A stretch of 64,000 nucleotides of DNA from a virus (IMGVR_UViG_3300028591_000073:64001-128000), one strand, 5' to 3'. Counted from the stretch's first letter, positions 28,897-38,755 are shown. A program made the numbers and translations. The notes: generated by a model not told the origin, from the sequence alone.

Positions 28897-30726
28897 TTAT
28901 ACTAAATTGGCATCAAGATAAGCAAATACATCTGTGATGCTTGGTGCATTAAACCAATTGTACATCGTAGATGCGATATTGCCATTCTTATATGAGTTGA
29001 TGATTTGACCACTAAGGTCCTTTTTGTGTCTACCTCCATCAGAATCAAACCACCAATATTCTTGATTGAAAGAACGATTCTTGTGAGAACCATTCAACCA
29101 TATTTCTTCGTTATTCACGATGACTTTATATTCCAATGACATGGGGTCTTGATTCTCACCCATTTTCGTGGATGGATAATAGGAAGCTGCATCTGCATCT
29201 AACGCTCCATATATCACTTTATTAGTTTTCTTACCATTAATGATTAATCCCACACAATTGTTCAATGCTGGGTCGGCGACATATGCTCCTTCATAGGCAG
29301 TATCAATTCCAGGAGGTACTAACAGACGACAAGCTTGTACATATTGTTCTTTCTCAAAGTAGTATTCACGAGAATCTCGCACAATATGCGTTTCTTGGAA
29401 ACACTTGGAGAATTGGGTACAGAAAGAATATGACCGAGAGGCAAATGCACCACAGTCCCCACAGTTAAACTCAATTGCTTTTTGTACCACGGTATCTCGC
29501 ATATTATACAACAAGAAGTTGATAAAATCCGTATATGCAAACTCACGGAATTTACCACTCTTTGTATCTGTCAACTTTACAATCTTAGCTGTCATCTTAC
29601 CCACATAATTCAAGGAATAGGAGCGAGGTTTCTGTTGAGACTTTCGTGTCGCACCCCATAATCGTTCCTGACACAAATATTGTGTGTAAGACGAGCAATA
29701 GAAGAAGTCCTTGGAATCTGGGATTGCCGCACTTGGATTCTTGTCTTGAGAGAAGTATAACGACCTTGTCTTGAATTCCTTGGGGATAAAGAATGTGAGC
29801 GGGTCATATCCGAGCCACTTGATACGATTCATGAGATAATTATCATCAAACGGTGCATTCCACGATAAACAGAACCATGGTCGATATTTGTTGATATATT
29901 CAAATATCAGCTTAATCATATATATCTCCTGGTCGAATGGAAAGATATGCAATCTGATATCATATCCCTCCAAATACTTCTTATTGTCTTCATCTGTGTC
30001 AACAATCTTGTGTTTGAATTCCTGTTGATGTTGTTCCAACCATGCGAATGCTTCTTTTTGCTTCAATAATAACGGATGATATTTCTTGTCAATCTGAGAT
30101 TCATCACGTGGACCTAATACGAATAATGCTGCAATCTTCTGTTCATCTAAGATTAACGAAACTGCATTCACAGGTTGTGGTGCATTCTGATAATCTCGAG
30201 GGTCGATGGATCTATCCAAGGTATCCACCTCAATATCTAAATAAGCCACTTTCACCTTGGAGATATCGAAATCTCGACCATACTGATTCAACCACCGTAA
30301 TCGAAAATATACATCCTCTTTGAAATCTGCCTTAAATACCCATGGGCATTCACACATCTTTTTCTTTAAATCATATACGCCATAAGCATCCTTCATGTCA
30401 TCAAATAACTGACCCCATTCTCCACCTATCTCTTGCGCAATTACATTTGCAATTTTGGATGGTTGACAATAGACCGGATAACAATCTCCAAGTTTGGCTT
30501 GTGCAATCTGATACTGGTTTGTTCGACACTCAGGTTTCAAGAACCAGATATCAACGATTGGCTTTTCATATTTGACTTCCAATCGTTCTGTTTTAGGGTT
30601 CCAATATACAACCTCGAATTCTTCAGATGGTCTGCGAACATATCTTACATCAAATAAGATACTTCCTTCTGGATAATCTAATGGTTTTGGAATTCCGTAT
30701 GTTTTTACCTTATTCAGTCTATCCAT
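28897..30726 (-). CDS. Family B DNA polymerase, N-terminal (exonuclease plus motif A) subunit of a split enzyme
   Basis: ExoI LDIEVD, ExoII WNAPFD..YL, ExoIII YNMRD, YEGAYV and motif A DAASYYPS; motifs B and C (DTDS) are absent. Confidence 0.85.
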   Translation of the reverse strand: MDRLNKVKTYGIPKPLDYPEGSILFDVRYVRRPSEEFEVVYWNPKTERLEVKYEKPIVDIWFLKPECRTNQYQIAQAKLGDCYPVYCQPSKIANVIAQEIGGEWGQLFDDMKDAYGVYDLKKKMCECPWVFKADFKEDVYFRLRWLNQYGRDFDISKVKVAYLDIEVDTLDRSIDPRDYQNAPQPVNAVSLILDEQKIAALFVLGPRDESQIDKKYHPLLLKQKEAFAWLEQHQQEFKHKIVDTDEDNKKYLEGYDIRLHIFPFDQEIYMIKLIFEYINKYRPWFCLSWNAPFDDNYLMNRIKWLGYDPLTFFIPKEFKTRSLYFSQDKNPSAAIPDSKDFFYCSSYTQYLCQERLWGATRKSQQKPRSYSLNYVGKMTAKIVKLTDTKSGKFREFAYTDFINFLLYNMRDTVVQKAIEFNCGDCGAFASRSYSFCTQFSKCFQETHIVRDSREYYFEKEQYVQACRLLVPPGIDTAYEGAYVADPALNNCVGLIINGKKTNKVIYGALDADAASYYPSTKMGENQDPMSLEYKVIVNNEEIWLNGSHKNRSFNQEYWWFDSDGGRHKKDLSGQIINSYKNGNIASTMYNWFNAPSITDVFAYLDANLV

Positions 30727-30805
30727 ATTTACTCATATCCTTTCTATCTGTGATGGTACTTACCTGTTATACTTCTTTCTTCTATTTACTATGTTATTAT
30801 ATCTG

Positions 30806-30838
30806 GATTGACCTCCGGTCAATCTAATAATATACATG
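30806..30838 (-). promoter_or_regulatory. 33-nt promoter/operator element (TATATTAT plus GATTGACC-GGA-GGTCAATC hairpin)
   Basis: Identical reverse-complement copy at 60985-61017; each copy lies upstream of a gene start. Confidence 0.65.
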
Positions 30839-30925
30839 GATATTTAGAAAATAATAGACAGTATCAACAGGTACTATATTGCCATTTCCCAGTAGCATAC
30901 AAAATTTGCTATTTTTTTATTTTTT

Positions 30926-30949
30926 GATATATATATCATTTATATGACA
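30926..30949 (+). promoter_or_regulatory. Putative early phage-RNAP promoter (variant)
   Basis: GATATATATATCATTTATATGACA resembles the repeated TATATATAATTAATATGATA motif and heads the plus-strand early region. Confidence 0.55.
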
Positions 30950-31188
30950 TTAGGGAAATCTAATGTCTTAAATACCTCATTTACATACCCCACACCAACA
31001 ACGGGGTATGTTCATATATAGTCCAACCAAGAGAGGACCACATTATTCTTTTTGAGTAATGTGGTCCTCGGTTCACCAGTCCACACAAGGGATTGATGAA
31101 TTTCTTCTTGGGTCCGAAACAGAGAATATCAAAGCCGCCCCGAAGGGCGGCCAAGATAATCTCACACATAATGAAAGGGGGTGAGTGA

Positions 31189-31338
31189 ATGGAACGCTCA
31201 ACCATTGTTGAAACAAGCATCAATGATATTCTGGAGATTTGCAATTTAAAAGAACCAGAACATTCGTCATTGGATAGCCTGACATTCGATGATGTTGCCA
31301 TCAACATTGATGCTTGTATCAAGAAATTACAAGCTTAA
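31189..31338 (+). CDS. Small protein, 49 aa (paralog of 31361..31516)
   Basis: MERSTIVETSINDILEICNLKEPEHSSLDSLTFDDVAINIDACIKKLQA; AAGGGGGTGA RBS; not in the ORF track. Confidence 0.65.
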   Translation: MERSTIVETSINDILEICNLKEPEHSSLDSLTFDDVAINIDACIKKLQA

Positions 31339-31360
31339 GCTTGTACAAGGGGGTGAAACG

Positions 31361-31516
31361 ATGGACCGTCGTTCACCAATTGTTGAGTTCAATATGGAGG
31401 ACTTCAAACACATGATTGGCTCCGCAAAAACCAATCAGTCTTCTATTGAACAACTGACATTGGACGATGTCAAAAATAACATTGATAAATGCATCTCCAA
31501 GCTCATCAATGTTTAA
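31361..31516 (+). CDS. Small protein, 51 aa
   Basis: MDRRSPIVEF...SSIEQLTLDDVKNNIDKCISKL; AAGGGGGTGA RBS. Confidence 0.65.
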   Translation: MDRRSPIVEFNMEDFKHMIGSAKTNQSSIEQLTLDDVKNNIDKCISKLINV

Positions 31517-31560
31517 GATATCGTCATCTTGAATCAAAAGAAATATGGAGGTACAATCCA

Positions 31561-31809
31561 ATGGACAATGAAAAGACAAATGTGATTGCTGAAGCTGTAG
31601 GCAATCGTCCTCTCACAGCAGAAGAAAGACATGAATTCGAGCAGTTATGGAAAGAATATTCTGACGTAGACAAGTTTAGAATGGCTTCCAGAATCATCAA
31701 TGTTACACAAGATGTAGCGAAGATGACAACTATCGAATTCATCCGCACATGTGCCATGGTTGCAGATTTGGACCAGCGTTATGGCACGGAAACAATCAAA
31801 CACAAGTAA
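31561..31809 (+). CDS. Hypothetical protein, 82 aa
   Basis: GGAGGT RBS before MDNEK. Confidence 0.65.
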   Translation: MDNEKTNVIAEAVGNRPLTAEERHEFEQLWKEYSDVDKFRMASRIINVTQDVAKMTTIEFIRTCAMVADLDQRYGTETIKHK

Positions 31810-32106
31810 TCAAAAGAACCAGGAACTGTGGAGAAGGTACACTAAGCGTCGGACTGATCATCCGTTACTACGAGCAAGTAGTAGGCGTCGCAAACCCGTA
31901 AGTGCAATACATACCGATATGGCCATGCATTCACATGTATGGTGTGCCTATTAACGAGGGACCTCAGGTCGAGAGACTCATATCGATATGCCTTCATCCA
32001 TCCACAATCCTGAATCCATCTTAAGATGGATTAAAACGTCACAACGATGGGAGAGAGTTAATCTCCCAAGAGGTCGGCTCTCCCCCTCTCATGAAAGGAG
32101 AAAAAT

Positions 32107-32724
32107 ATGGCAAACCAGAATCCACAAGGACAGCCGTTAATGATGACGGCGCAGGATATTCAGAGCATGATTGATAATACGGTAAATGCCGTACTGTCTG
32201 CACAAAACACACAAGCTATACCAGTACAACAATCGCAACAATATGTCCAGACTCAGCCTGTGTATCAGCAACCTGCTCCAGCACAACCAATGATTATTAA
32301 TCCACCGGCACAACAGGGTATTGATGCCAATACAATGGCAAAGATTATTCAGCTCATATTACAAAATGGCGGAAATCCGTATGCCATTGATTGGGGTAAT
32401 GTGTCTCCTGCGGTTAAAAATGCAGTGGCAAATTATGTCAACTACGGAAATCCGTGTATGACACAAGAGCAGGTCATGCAACTCTTGTTGAACGAAGTGA
32501 GAGAGTTGAAATATGCTACGGAAGCTCGCCAAGAAAAGAAGAGTAGTACGAAGCATAAAGTGCTGAAATATGGTGCAATTGGACTTGGTGGTGCAGTAGT
32601 CCTTGGTCTTGGGTGCTATGTCACACATGAAGTCATTCATAGACATGATAAGGACAAAGAAATATCTGCGCTGAATCATTTTAGTGATGCTCTGGCTGCC
32701 AAATACGGCAAAGATATCATTTGA
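32107..32724 (+). CDS. Hypothetical Gln/Pro-rich protein with C-terminal TM helix
   Basis: AAAGGAG RBS; low-complexity N-terminus; TM segment YGAIGLGGAVVLGLGCYV. Confidence 0.7.
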   Translation: MANQNPQGQPLMMTAQDIQSMIDNTVNAVLSAQNTQAIPVQQSQQYVQTQPVYQQPAPAQPMIINPPAQQGIDANTMAKIIQLILQNGGNPYAIDWGNVSPAVKNAVANYVNYGNPCMTQEQVMQLLLNEVRELKYATEARQEKKSSTKHKVLKYGAIGLGGAVVLGLGCYVTHEVIHRHDKDKEISALNHFSDALAAKYGKDII

Positions 32725-32761
32725 CTGTCAGTCACATATGTTGAAAAGGTAGGTGACTGAC

Positions 32762-32821
32762 ATGAAAAATGAAAAGTTCGATTGGCTTGATGCATTAGAG
32801 TTACTGAGACGCATCAAGTGA
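32762..32821 (+). CDS. Possible 19-aa peptide
   Basis: MKNEKFDWLDALELLRRIK with AGGTAGGTGA RBS. Confidence 0.3.
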   Translation: MKNEKFDWLDALELLRRIK

Positions 32822-32901
32822 ATTTAATCAGAATATTCGGAATATAAACCCTGGGTGGGATTGGACATCCCGCCCACATTTTGAAAGTGAGGAAAATGAT
32901 T

Positions 32902-33327
32902 ATGAACAGAATGAAAGATTTACGGAAAGCCTTCATCAACGATGGAGATTTCGAAGTAAGTGAACTTGTCAGAATCAATAAATATTCATCAGCATTCGTT
33001 GTATCTGGAAGAACAACCGGGATTGATTATATCATCAAAGACCGGGCCGGGTTCGGTGAGCCGTCCAACAATATTCACATTATTGTGGATACTTCTGAGA
33101 GTTGGACTGTGATGGAACTCGATAAGAGAAATCTTGAAGAAAGAGCTCGCAGAATCCCGAATGATGCGAGTCGCGTTTCAGTTATGGAAATTGAACGTGT
33201 TGCAAGAAATGCTCGTGAAGCAATCAATGCGGAGGAACATCCCATCATCTACCAGTCCAGTGTAAATTGTGCTGGCAAGAGATATCTGGCGATGAAAAGC
33301 TTCTGCTCAATGCAGATGTTTGTATAA
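32902..33327 (+). CDS. Hypothetical early protein
   Basis: GAAAGTGAGG RBS. Confidence 0.7.
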   Translation: MNRMKDLRKAFINDGDFEVSELVRINKYSSAFVVSGRTTGIDYIIKDRAGFGEPSNNIHIIVDTSESWTVMELDKRNLEERARRIPNDASRVSVMEIERVARNAREAINAEEHPIIYQSSVNCAGKRYLAMKSFCSMQMFV

Positions 33328-33345
33328 GAAAGTGAGGAAAATATT

Positions 33346-34068
33346 ATGGCAGAGAATAAAATCATCGAAGAAATGGAAATAAAGACGGTTTCCGAATTAA
33401 CCAGTGAGAAGTCTCTGAAAGAGTCCGAGACAACTGGCCTGTACCGCTTCTGTGGATTTGCCATTTCTGATTATGCAGCCGAAACAGGAGTTACCAGTAA
33501 AGAATTATTGGATTCTTGTATTGTAACTGGTATTATCTCATCTGATGATAAATTCTCAGATGAGGAATTAGACAAGCTCTGTAATGAGTTGGAACAGTTG
33601 TATCCTGACATTGTCGTATTCGACTACTGGTATCACCACCAGGAGAAGAACGACGAACTCTCTGATGAGAACATCGAGAAGGTTAGAGATGTTCTCGGCA
33701 AGAGATTAGGACTGCATAATCTAAACTCCTATGGCAATCGATTGGCATATTGCCGCACCGAAGACAGATTAATGTCAATCGAAATCAATTGGAACTATGG
33801 CGGCGAAGCATGTGTGGTATCCGCTAGAAATGCGAGACATGCATTCAACATCTTCAAAGCATATCCAAATCATATCTCAGACATGCTCCCGTATGACGAA
33901 GATGAGGCGTTGAAGAATCTGTCGTGGGAGGTAAAAGAAGAAAAAGATGAGATGCATTTAGAGGCTATCTCGTCTGAATTGCTTCGACACAAAATCAATA
34001 TTGCAATTAGTCCTCTGGAAATTCCGGAAGGAAGAGTTGGGTATTCATTAAATTATTACGCAGAATAA
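33346..34068 (+). CDS. Hypothetical early protein
   Basis: GAAAGTGAGG RBS. Confidence 0.7.
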   Translation: MAENKIIEEMEIKTVSELTSEKSLKESETTGLYRFCGFAISDYAAETGVTSKELLDSCIVTGIISSDDKFSDEELDKLCNELEQLYPDIVVFDYWYHHQEKNDELSDENIEKVRDVLGKRLGLHNLNSYGNRLAYCRTEDRLMSIEINWNYGGEACVVSARNARHAFNIFKAYPNHISDMLPYDEDEALKNLSWEVKEEKDEMHLEAISSELLRHKINIAISPLEIPEGRVGYSLNYYAE

Positions 34069-34124
34069 AAACAATCATCCCTCCCTTCGGGGAGGGAACA
34101 ATATGAAAGTGAGGAAAACAAATT

Positions 34125-34856
34125 ATGAGAGACTTGGAAAAGTATGAGGTCGAAGACTTCGACAGATATGCGGAATGGTACATCGGCAAAAATATGTGCC
34201 CGGCAGCAATACGGGCAATATTAATGTTTGCAAAAGAACATCCTGAATCGAAAGATATCAGGAACTGCATCTTTGCAACCATGGTCAGGTCATCGGCAGA
34301 TATACAGAATGAATTTCTGAGCCCAGCATTCAAAGCTGCGGGTGTAACCAATGGACATGACTGCTTCTGTAGATTCGTTCGACCTATTCGAGCAAACATG
34401 TTCTACATCCAGATTGACAGCGATGAATATATTCATTCTGACAAATTGTCAATGGATAAGAATGAACTCCCCGAAGCATACCGTATCAAGCAAATGATAA
34501 AAGGATACGGTTTAGCATTAGAAAAACCAGAAGATTTAGGATTCCGAGACGAATATGGAAATGTGCTCCGGCATCTTTCCGGATTGGAAACCGAATCTGG
34601 AACAATCCTTGGGGAAGCAGAAATGCGCAGAGTTTATGTACGTGACCATCCGCTCGGTGTTCACATCCAGGCTGGAGTCATACGCGTTCCATGGAGAACG
34701 AAGCTTCCTGTGAAAGTCACATTCCATATGATTCCCGAAAAGCTATCGGTTCTGGTAAAGTTAATACCGAGAGATGAACAAAAGAAAATCATCGAGCATC
34801 GTGACAGGATGATTGATGAATTCTGTGATGCCTATATCAGGTATCACGAAGTATAA
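34125..34856 (+). CDS. Hypothetical early protein
   Basis: UUCG hairpin plus GAAAGTGAGG RBS. Confidence 0.7.
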   Translation: MRDLEKYEVEDFDRYAEWYIGKNMCPAAIRAILMFAKEHPESKDIRNCIFATMVRSSADIQNEFLSPAFKAAGVTNGHDCFCRFVRPIRANMFYIQIDSDEYIHSDKLSMDKNELPEAYRIKQMIKGYGLALEKPEDLGFRDEYGNVLRHLSGLETESGTILGEAEMRRVYVRDHPLGVHIQAGVIRVPWRTKLPVKVTFHMIPEKLSVLVKLIPRDEQKKIIEHRDRMIDEFCDAYIRYHEV

Positions 34857-35184
34857 AATGTATGCTACTACCAATCCCCGGCATATGCCGGGGATCTGGT
34901 TATGAAAATCGACCTGAGCAGGTCGTTAAACTACTCTCCCGATATTGGTTCGGGAGAAAGGATGATGTGTATGATTGCTTAAAAGAAAATCCAATAATAG
35001 AAAGGGGTGATGGAAATGTAGCAATTTATACAATCTGAAATCGATACTCAATATTTATACAGATATTGAGTATTCCCTTGTTCGAATATTCGCCAAAATG
35101 AATGTATCAAATCAAAGGAATCTTACACAATGGTTAGAGTGTAAAATAAGGATTCCAAACTTATTTCAGAAAGGAAAATCTATT

Positions 35185-36462
35185 ATGAAAAACAATAATA
35201 ACAACCTGACAGCCGCATTGACATCCGCATCCGCAACAAAAAGAAACCGTCGCGATGATGGTACTAAAGTTGCCATGATGGCAAACGACATTGCCATCGC
35301 ATGTGCAACGAGTGAGAAACTCCGCACATATCAGGATAAGTATGAGAAGATGCTTCATGATACAAGCATCAGATTGATGGCTGCTCCGACCCAGAATGCC
35401 AATGATACCTTTACGGTAGATGGTACGCTGTATAATTTCACAGCTTCTGGATATGAAGCTGTGCTGAAAAAATTAGATACTGCCAGACGTAAATTCGAGG
35501 AAGCGCAAGCAGCTTCCGAAAAGCTTCCGGGCATGGAATCGGATTATGCCAATTTGATTTCCGAAGTACTCGGTGTCAACATCATCAGCATCGAAGATGC
35601 TACCAACGTAGATGCTACCAACAACGTGGAGGAGGGTAATAACATGAAGGGAAAATACAAATATGTCGTCATCGACACTGGCAAGGAGCCCGATACGAAT
35701 ACTGCAGAGGAGATTCGGAAGGCATTATCATCTTCAAATAAGACGATGTTTGATGTCGAAATCAATAACAATGGTTTGACTACAAACCTGATTGGCGTTA
35801 TGACAACATCACACAATAAGGCACTTAAAATAGTGCTCGATTATTTGGGTGATGGGATACCATCATTCAAAGAATTCCATGAATCTGGAGTGGTGACAGA
35901 TTTAGGATATACCAGAAGATGGTGTGTCGGTGGTATTAATATCATATCAAATGAGGGTGTAATCAGTCGCTTGTCTGATACACTCATCATTGACCAGGAC
36001 TGCGAGCCAAAGGCATTATCTGCTTCGGAACCTGGCCATCTCACACCCTTGCTTGACGAAGAAAAGCATTGCTGCAACAATTGCAATGACAAAGGAAACA
36101 AGGAAGTGTGTCAGGGTTGTTTCGATTGTGAAGAGGGCGCCCAGCCGCTGGAACCCAGTAACAATTGTGACAGCGATAAAACAGAACCTGATTCTGATGC
36201 ATCTCCGGAGGATACTACCACACCGCCACAGACAGTAAAACAGGTATCGATTCCGGTAGGATATCCTGAGGCTTCTGTACCAACGATGAAGTCCATCGAT
36301 GTTCCTGACATCGAGGCGCTTGATGTCAATACAGGTGACATCGGTCTGAGTCTGACAACTGGTGACATGACTGATATCTCCGGCAATATCACGTTCAATG
36401 TTAGCGGCGATATCATCATTGATTCTTTCAATGGTGGCCGTAACAATACAAACTGTAAATAA
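35185..36462 (+). CDS. Hypothetical protein with Cys cluster (CCxxC..CxxCxxC)
   Basis: GAAAGGA RBS before MKNNN; internal RBS plus ATG at 35644. Confidence 0.65.
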   Translation: MKNNNNNLTAALTSASATKRNRRDDGTKVAMMANDIAIACATSEKLRTYQDKYEKMLHDTSIRLMAAPTQNANDTFTVDGTLYNFTASGYEAVLKKLDTARRKFEEAQAASEKLPGMESDYANLISEVLGVNIISIEDATNVDATNNVEEGNNMKGKYKYVVIDTGKEPDTNTAEEIRKALSSSNKTMFDVEINNNGLTTNLIGVMTTSHNKALKIVLDYLGDGIPSFKEFHESGVVTDLGYTRRWCVGGINIISNEGVISRLSDTLIIDQDCEPKALSASEPGHLTPLLDEEKHCCNNCNDKGNKEVCQGCFDCEEGAQPLEPSNNCDSDKTEPDSDASPEDTTTPPQTVKQVSIPVGYPEASVPTMKSIDVPDIEALDVNTGDIGLSLTTGDMTDISGNITFNVSGDIIIDSFNGGRNNTNCK

Positions 36463-36522
36463 GAAACCAAATCATATCCCCCGCTTCGGCGGGGGACACA
36501 TTAAGAAAGTGAGGAAATTAGT

Positions 36523-37365
36523 ATGAATTATACAATCACAATTAACGGCAAATCTTATGTCGTACTGAACTGCACAAACCCCGTTGAAGCTGTCGAAAAA
36601 TTGACAGCTGAAATGAATGACAATCATCTTGACATTCAGATTGATATGGTGGAAGGTGATGTCATTCCCGTAAACAATCATCCAACACCTGTTGCAGAAC
36701 CTGCTCCTGCTCCGGAACCCACCCACCAGTTGGTCAGTAATAACTTCGGAAAGTCCAACAATCTGACGACAAACCATCAGCCCATCTCTACAGCGAACAA
36801 TATTCCCCAGGCTCCAGTTTCGGAGCCCGTGGGATATTTCAACGTACCTCCTGTAGCACCACCCCCACAAAGAGTGATGTCTCCGATGGAAGAAAGGATG
36901 GAGATAGTGCGTCACGTATTGTTGAATAAACTGACCGACAACCATATCAGAATTCCAAATAATCTTCAAAGGGAAATCAACAATTGGTGGTATAATGCCA
37001 TCACAAATGTCATGGTATATGTTGATGGGTTTAAATTCATCAATCCCGTTAACAGTCTCCATTTGAAGAATGATGAAAATGGCAGCACTGTTACGACACG
37101 AATCAATGGTGAATTACCAACCGGTAAAAAACATGAACCTCCCATCCCAGTAGGATATCGATTTGATATCAACGACTCATGTGCAATGATGGAATTTTCA
37201 ATCAATCAGAAAGAATTCGTTATCATCGATATCGATTTCAATAATATGATATATGAAATTGCTCGATTCCCAGAAACATTAAGGAATTTGGGATTGAGTG
37301 AGAAATATATCGACCATGTAATCGCTCCTCTCATGCTGGAAATGTTTCATGAGAGAAAGAGATAA
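36523..37365 (+). CDS. Hypothetical protein with Pro-rich linker
   Basis: UUCG hairpin plus GAAAGTGAGG RBS. Confidence 0.7.
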   Translation: MNYTITINGKSYVVLNCTNPVEAVEKLTAEMNDNHLDIQIDMVEGDVIPVNNHPTPVAEPAPAPEPTHQLVSNNFGKSNNLTTNHQPISTANNIPQAPVSEPVGYFNVPPVAPPPQRVMSPMEERMEIVRHVLLNKLTDNHIRIPNNLQREINNWWYNAITNVMVYVDGFKFINPVNSLHLKNDENGSTVTTRINGELPTGKKHEPPIPVGYRFDINDSCAMMEFSINQKEFVIIDIDFNNMIYEIARFPETLRNLGLSEKYIDHVIAPLMLEMFHERKR

Positions 37366-37494
37366 AATGTATGCACAAAAATAAAGATCCTCCGGGTATT
37401 GGACATTCGGAGGATCTTATGAAAATAAATTGATCATAAACAACTTAAAGACTATCCAAACATTGAAGTCACAATTTAGAAAGGATAATGAATC

Positions 37495-37794
37495 ATGGAA
37501 TTGAAGATTAATCTACAGGAACTCGAGAAACTCGGCATTAGAAAGACGAAATCCAAAAAGGGAACGTCAAATGCAGAACTCAAAAGAATACGAAAACAAA
37601 TCAAAAAAGAAGAACGCGGCGAATCATGGATTCATGAAATCATCCGTGTTATTAAGAGAATTATCAAAGGTGATATTCGGACAGCGGAACCCGAATTTGT
37701 TCATTTATATGACGCCGAAAGAGATGTCATATATCTGGATAAATGTTATCGCCCTGAGGAACTCGGTATCTATGAAATTGAAATGAAGGACTGA
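37495..37794 (+). CDS. Hypothetical basic protein
   Basis: GAAAGGA RBS. Confidence 0.65.
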   Translation: MELKINLQELEKLGIRKTKSKKGTSNAELKRIRKQIKKEERGESWIHEIIRVIKRIIKGDIRTAEPEFVHLYDAERDVIYLDKCYRPEELGIYEIEMKD

Positions 37795-37830
37795 CAATAC
37801 ATCTGTCGTCCAAAGAAAAGAGGTGAAATA

Positions 37831-37992
37831 ATGATGAAAACAAATATCTTTGATATCAATATGAATGCATTCGAATATCCGTTTAAGACCAGCCGAACAT
37901 CCGCCATTATCAACTCATTCGAATATCCGACTTTAACTATCATTCGTCATAAACCAAATCTCCATAAGCTTGCAAATCCCAATACACTGTGA
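37831..37992 (+). CDS. Small hypothetical protein, 53 aa, with duplicated FEYP motif
   Basis: AGAGGTGA RBS; CATTCGAATATCCG occurs twice. Confidence 0.45.
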   Translation: MMKTNIFDINMNAFEYPFKTSRTSAIINSFEYPTLTIIRHKPNLHKLANPNTL

Positions 37993-38099
37993 TTTTGTAT
38001 GCTACTTAAAATCGTGACGCTTAGTCATATACGTACATAAACAAGGCCCATGTGGGCCTTGTTTAAATATAAATGCTAATGAAAGCAGAGGTAATTATT

Positions 38100-38693
38100 A
38101 TGGAATATCTAAATCGAGATTACGAATTCATGGACGCGGGCATTTCAACTCATGTTCACCCATATGTTGTCCGCACAACAAAAGCATGCGAATTACAATT
38201 GGCACTCTTGGATATGGTAACTGCGCGTATCAAAGAATTGCATCCTGACAAAACATGCAAGACATATCAAGCGAGAGAATTTGATGAGCTTGTTAATAAA
38301 CAGAAACAACTCGATTACAAAAATCCGCTGAGTTCGGAAAACATGACTATCATTCCACCGATTATTCCACTTGGAATTGTAGAATTTGAGTGGAGCAAAG
38401 ATGTGATACTGGCATTAACAACTTCCAATGATATCACAAAACCGGGAGTGTTAATGAGATTCTTCCGTGTTTTATGGTCGTTCAATCCTATGATGAATGC
38501 GGAAACCCGTCTCATCAGTCCGGAAGGTCCGATTATGGACCTTAATGTCCTCATCAGTGGAGTTTCTCAAATAACTCTATATAAGCAATATCGCACTGAC
38601 GATAAAGAGATAAACAATATGTTTGAACTGTTTCAGCATTTGTCTGCACTTCCGCAGTATGCTCGTCAATTTGACATCTTCAAAGAAGGATAA
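38100..38693 (+). CDS. Hypothetical protein
   Basis: GAGGT RBS before MEYLN. Confidence 0.65.
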   Translation: MEYLNRDYEFMDAGISTHVHPYVVRTTKACELQLALLDMVTARIKELHPDKTCKTYQAREFDELVNKQKQLDYKNPLSSENMTIIPPIIPLGIVEFEWSKDVILALTTSNDITKPGVLMRFFRVLWSFNPMMNAETRLISPEGPIMDLNVLISGVSQITLYKQYRTDDKEINNMFELFQHLSALPQYARQFDIFKEG

Positions 38694-38755
38694 TAAGAAT
38701 AATAAATACCCGCCGAAAGGCGGGTATTATAATTATATTTTAAAGGAGTGATAAA

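Noticed and set aside
30950-32100. tRNA or tmRNA genes in the structured gaps
   Set aside because: No cloverleaf with a GTTCRA T-loop and acceptor stem was recognisable by eye; tRNAscan-SE or ARAGORN would confirm.
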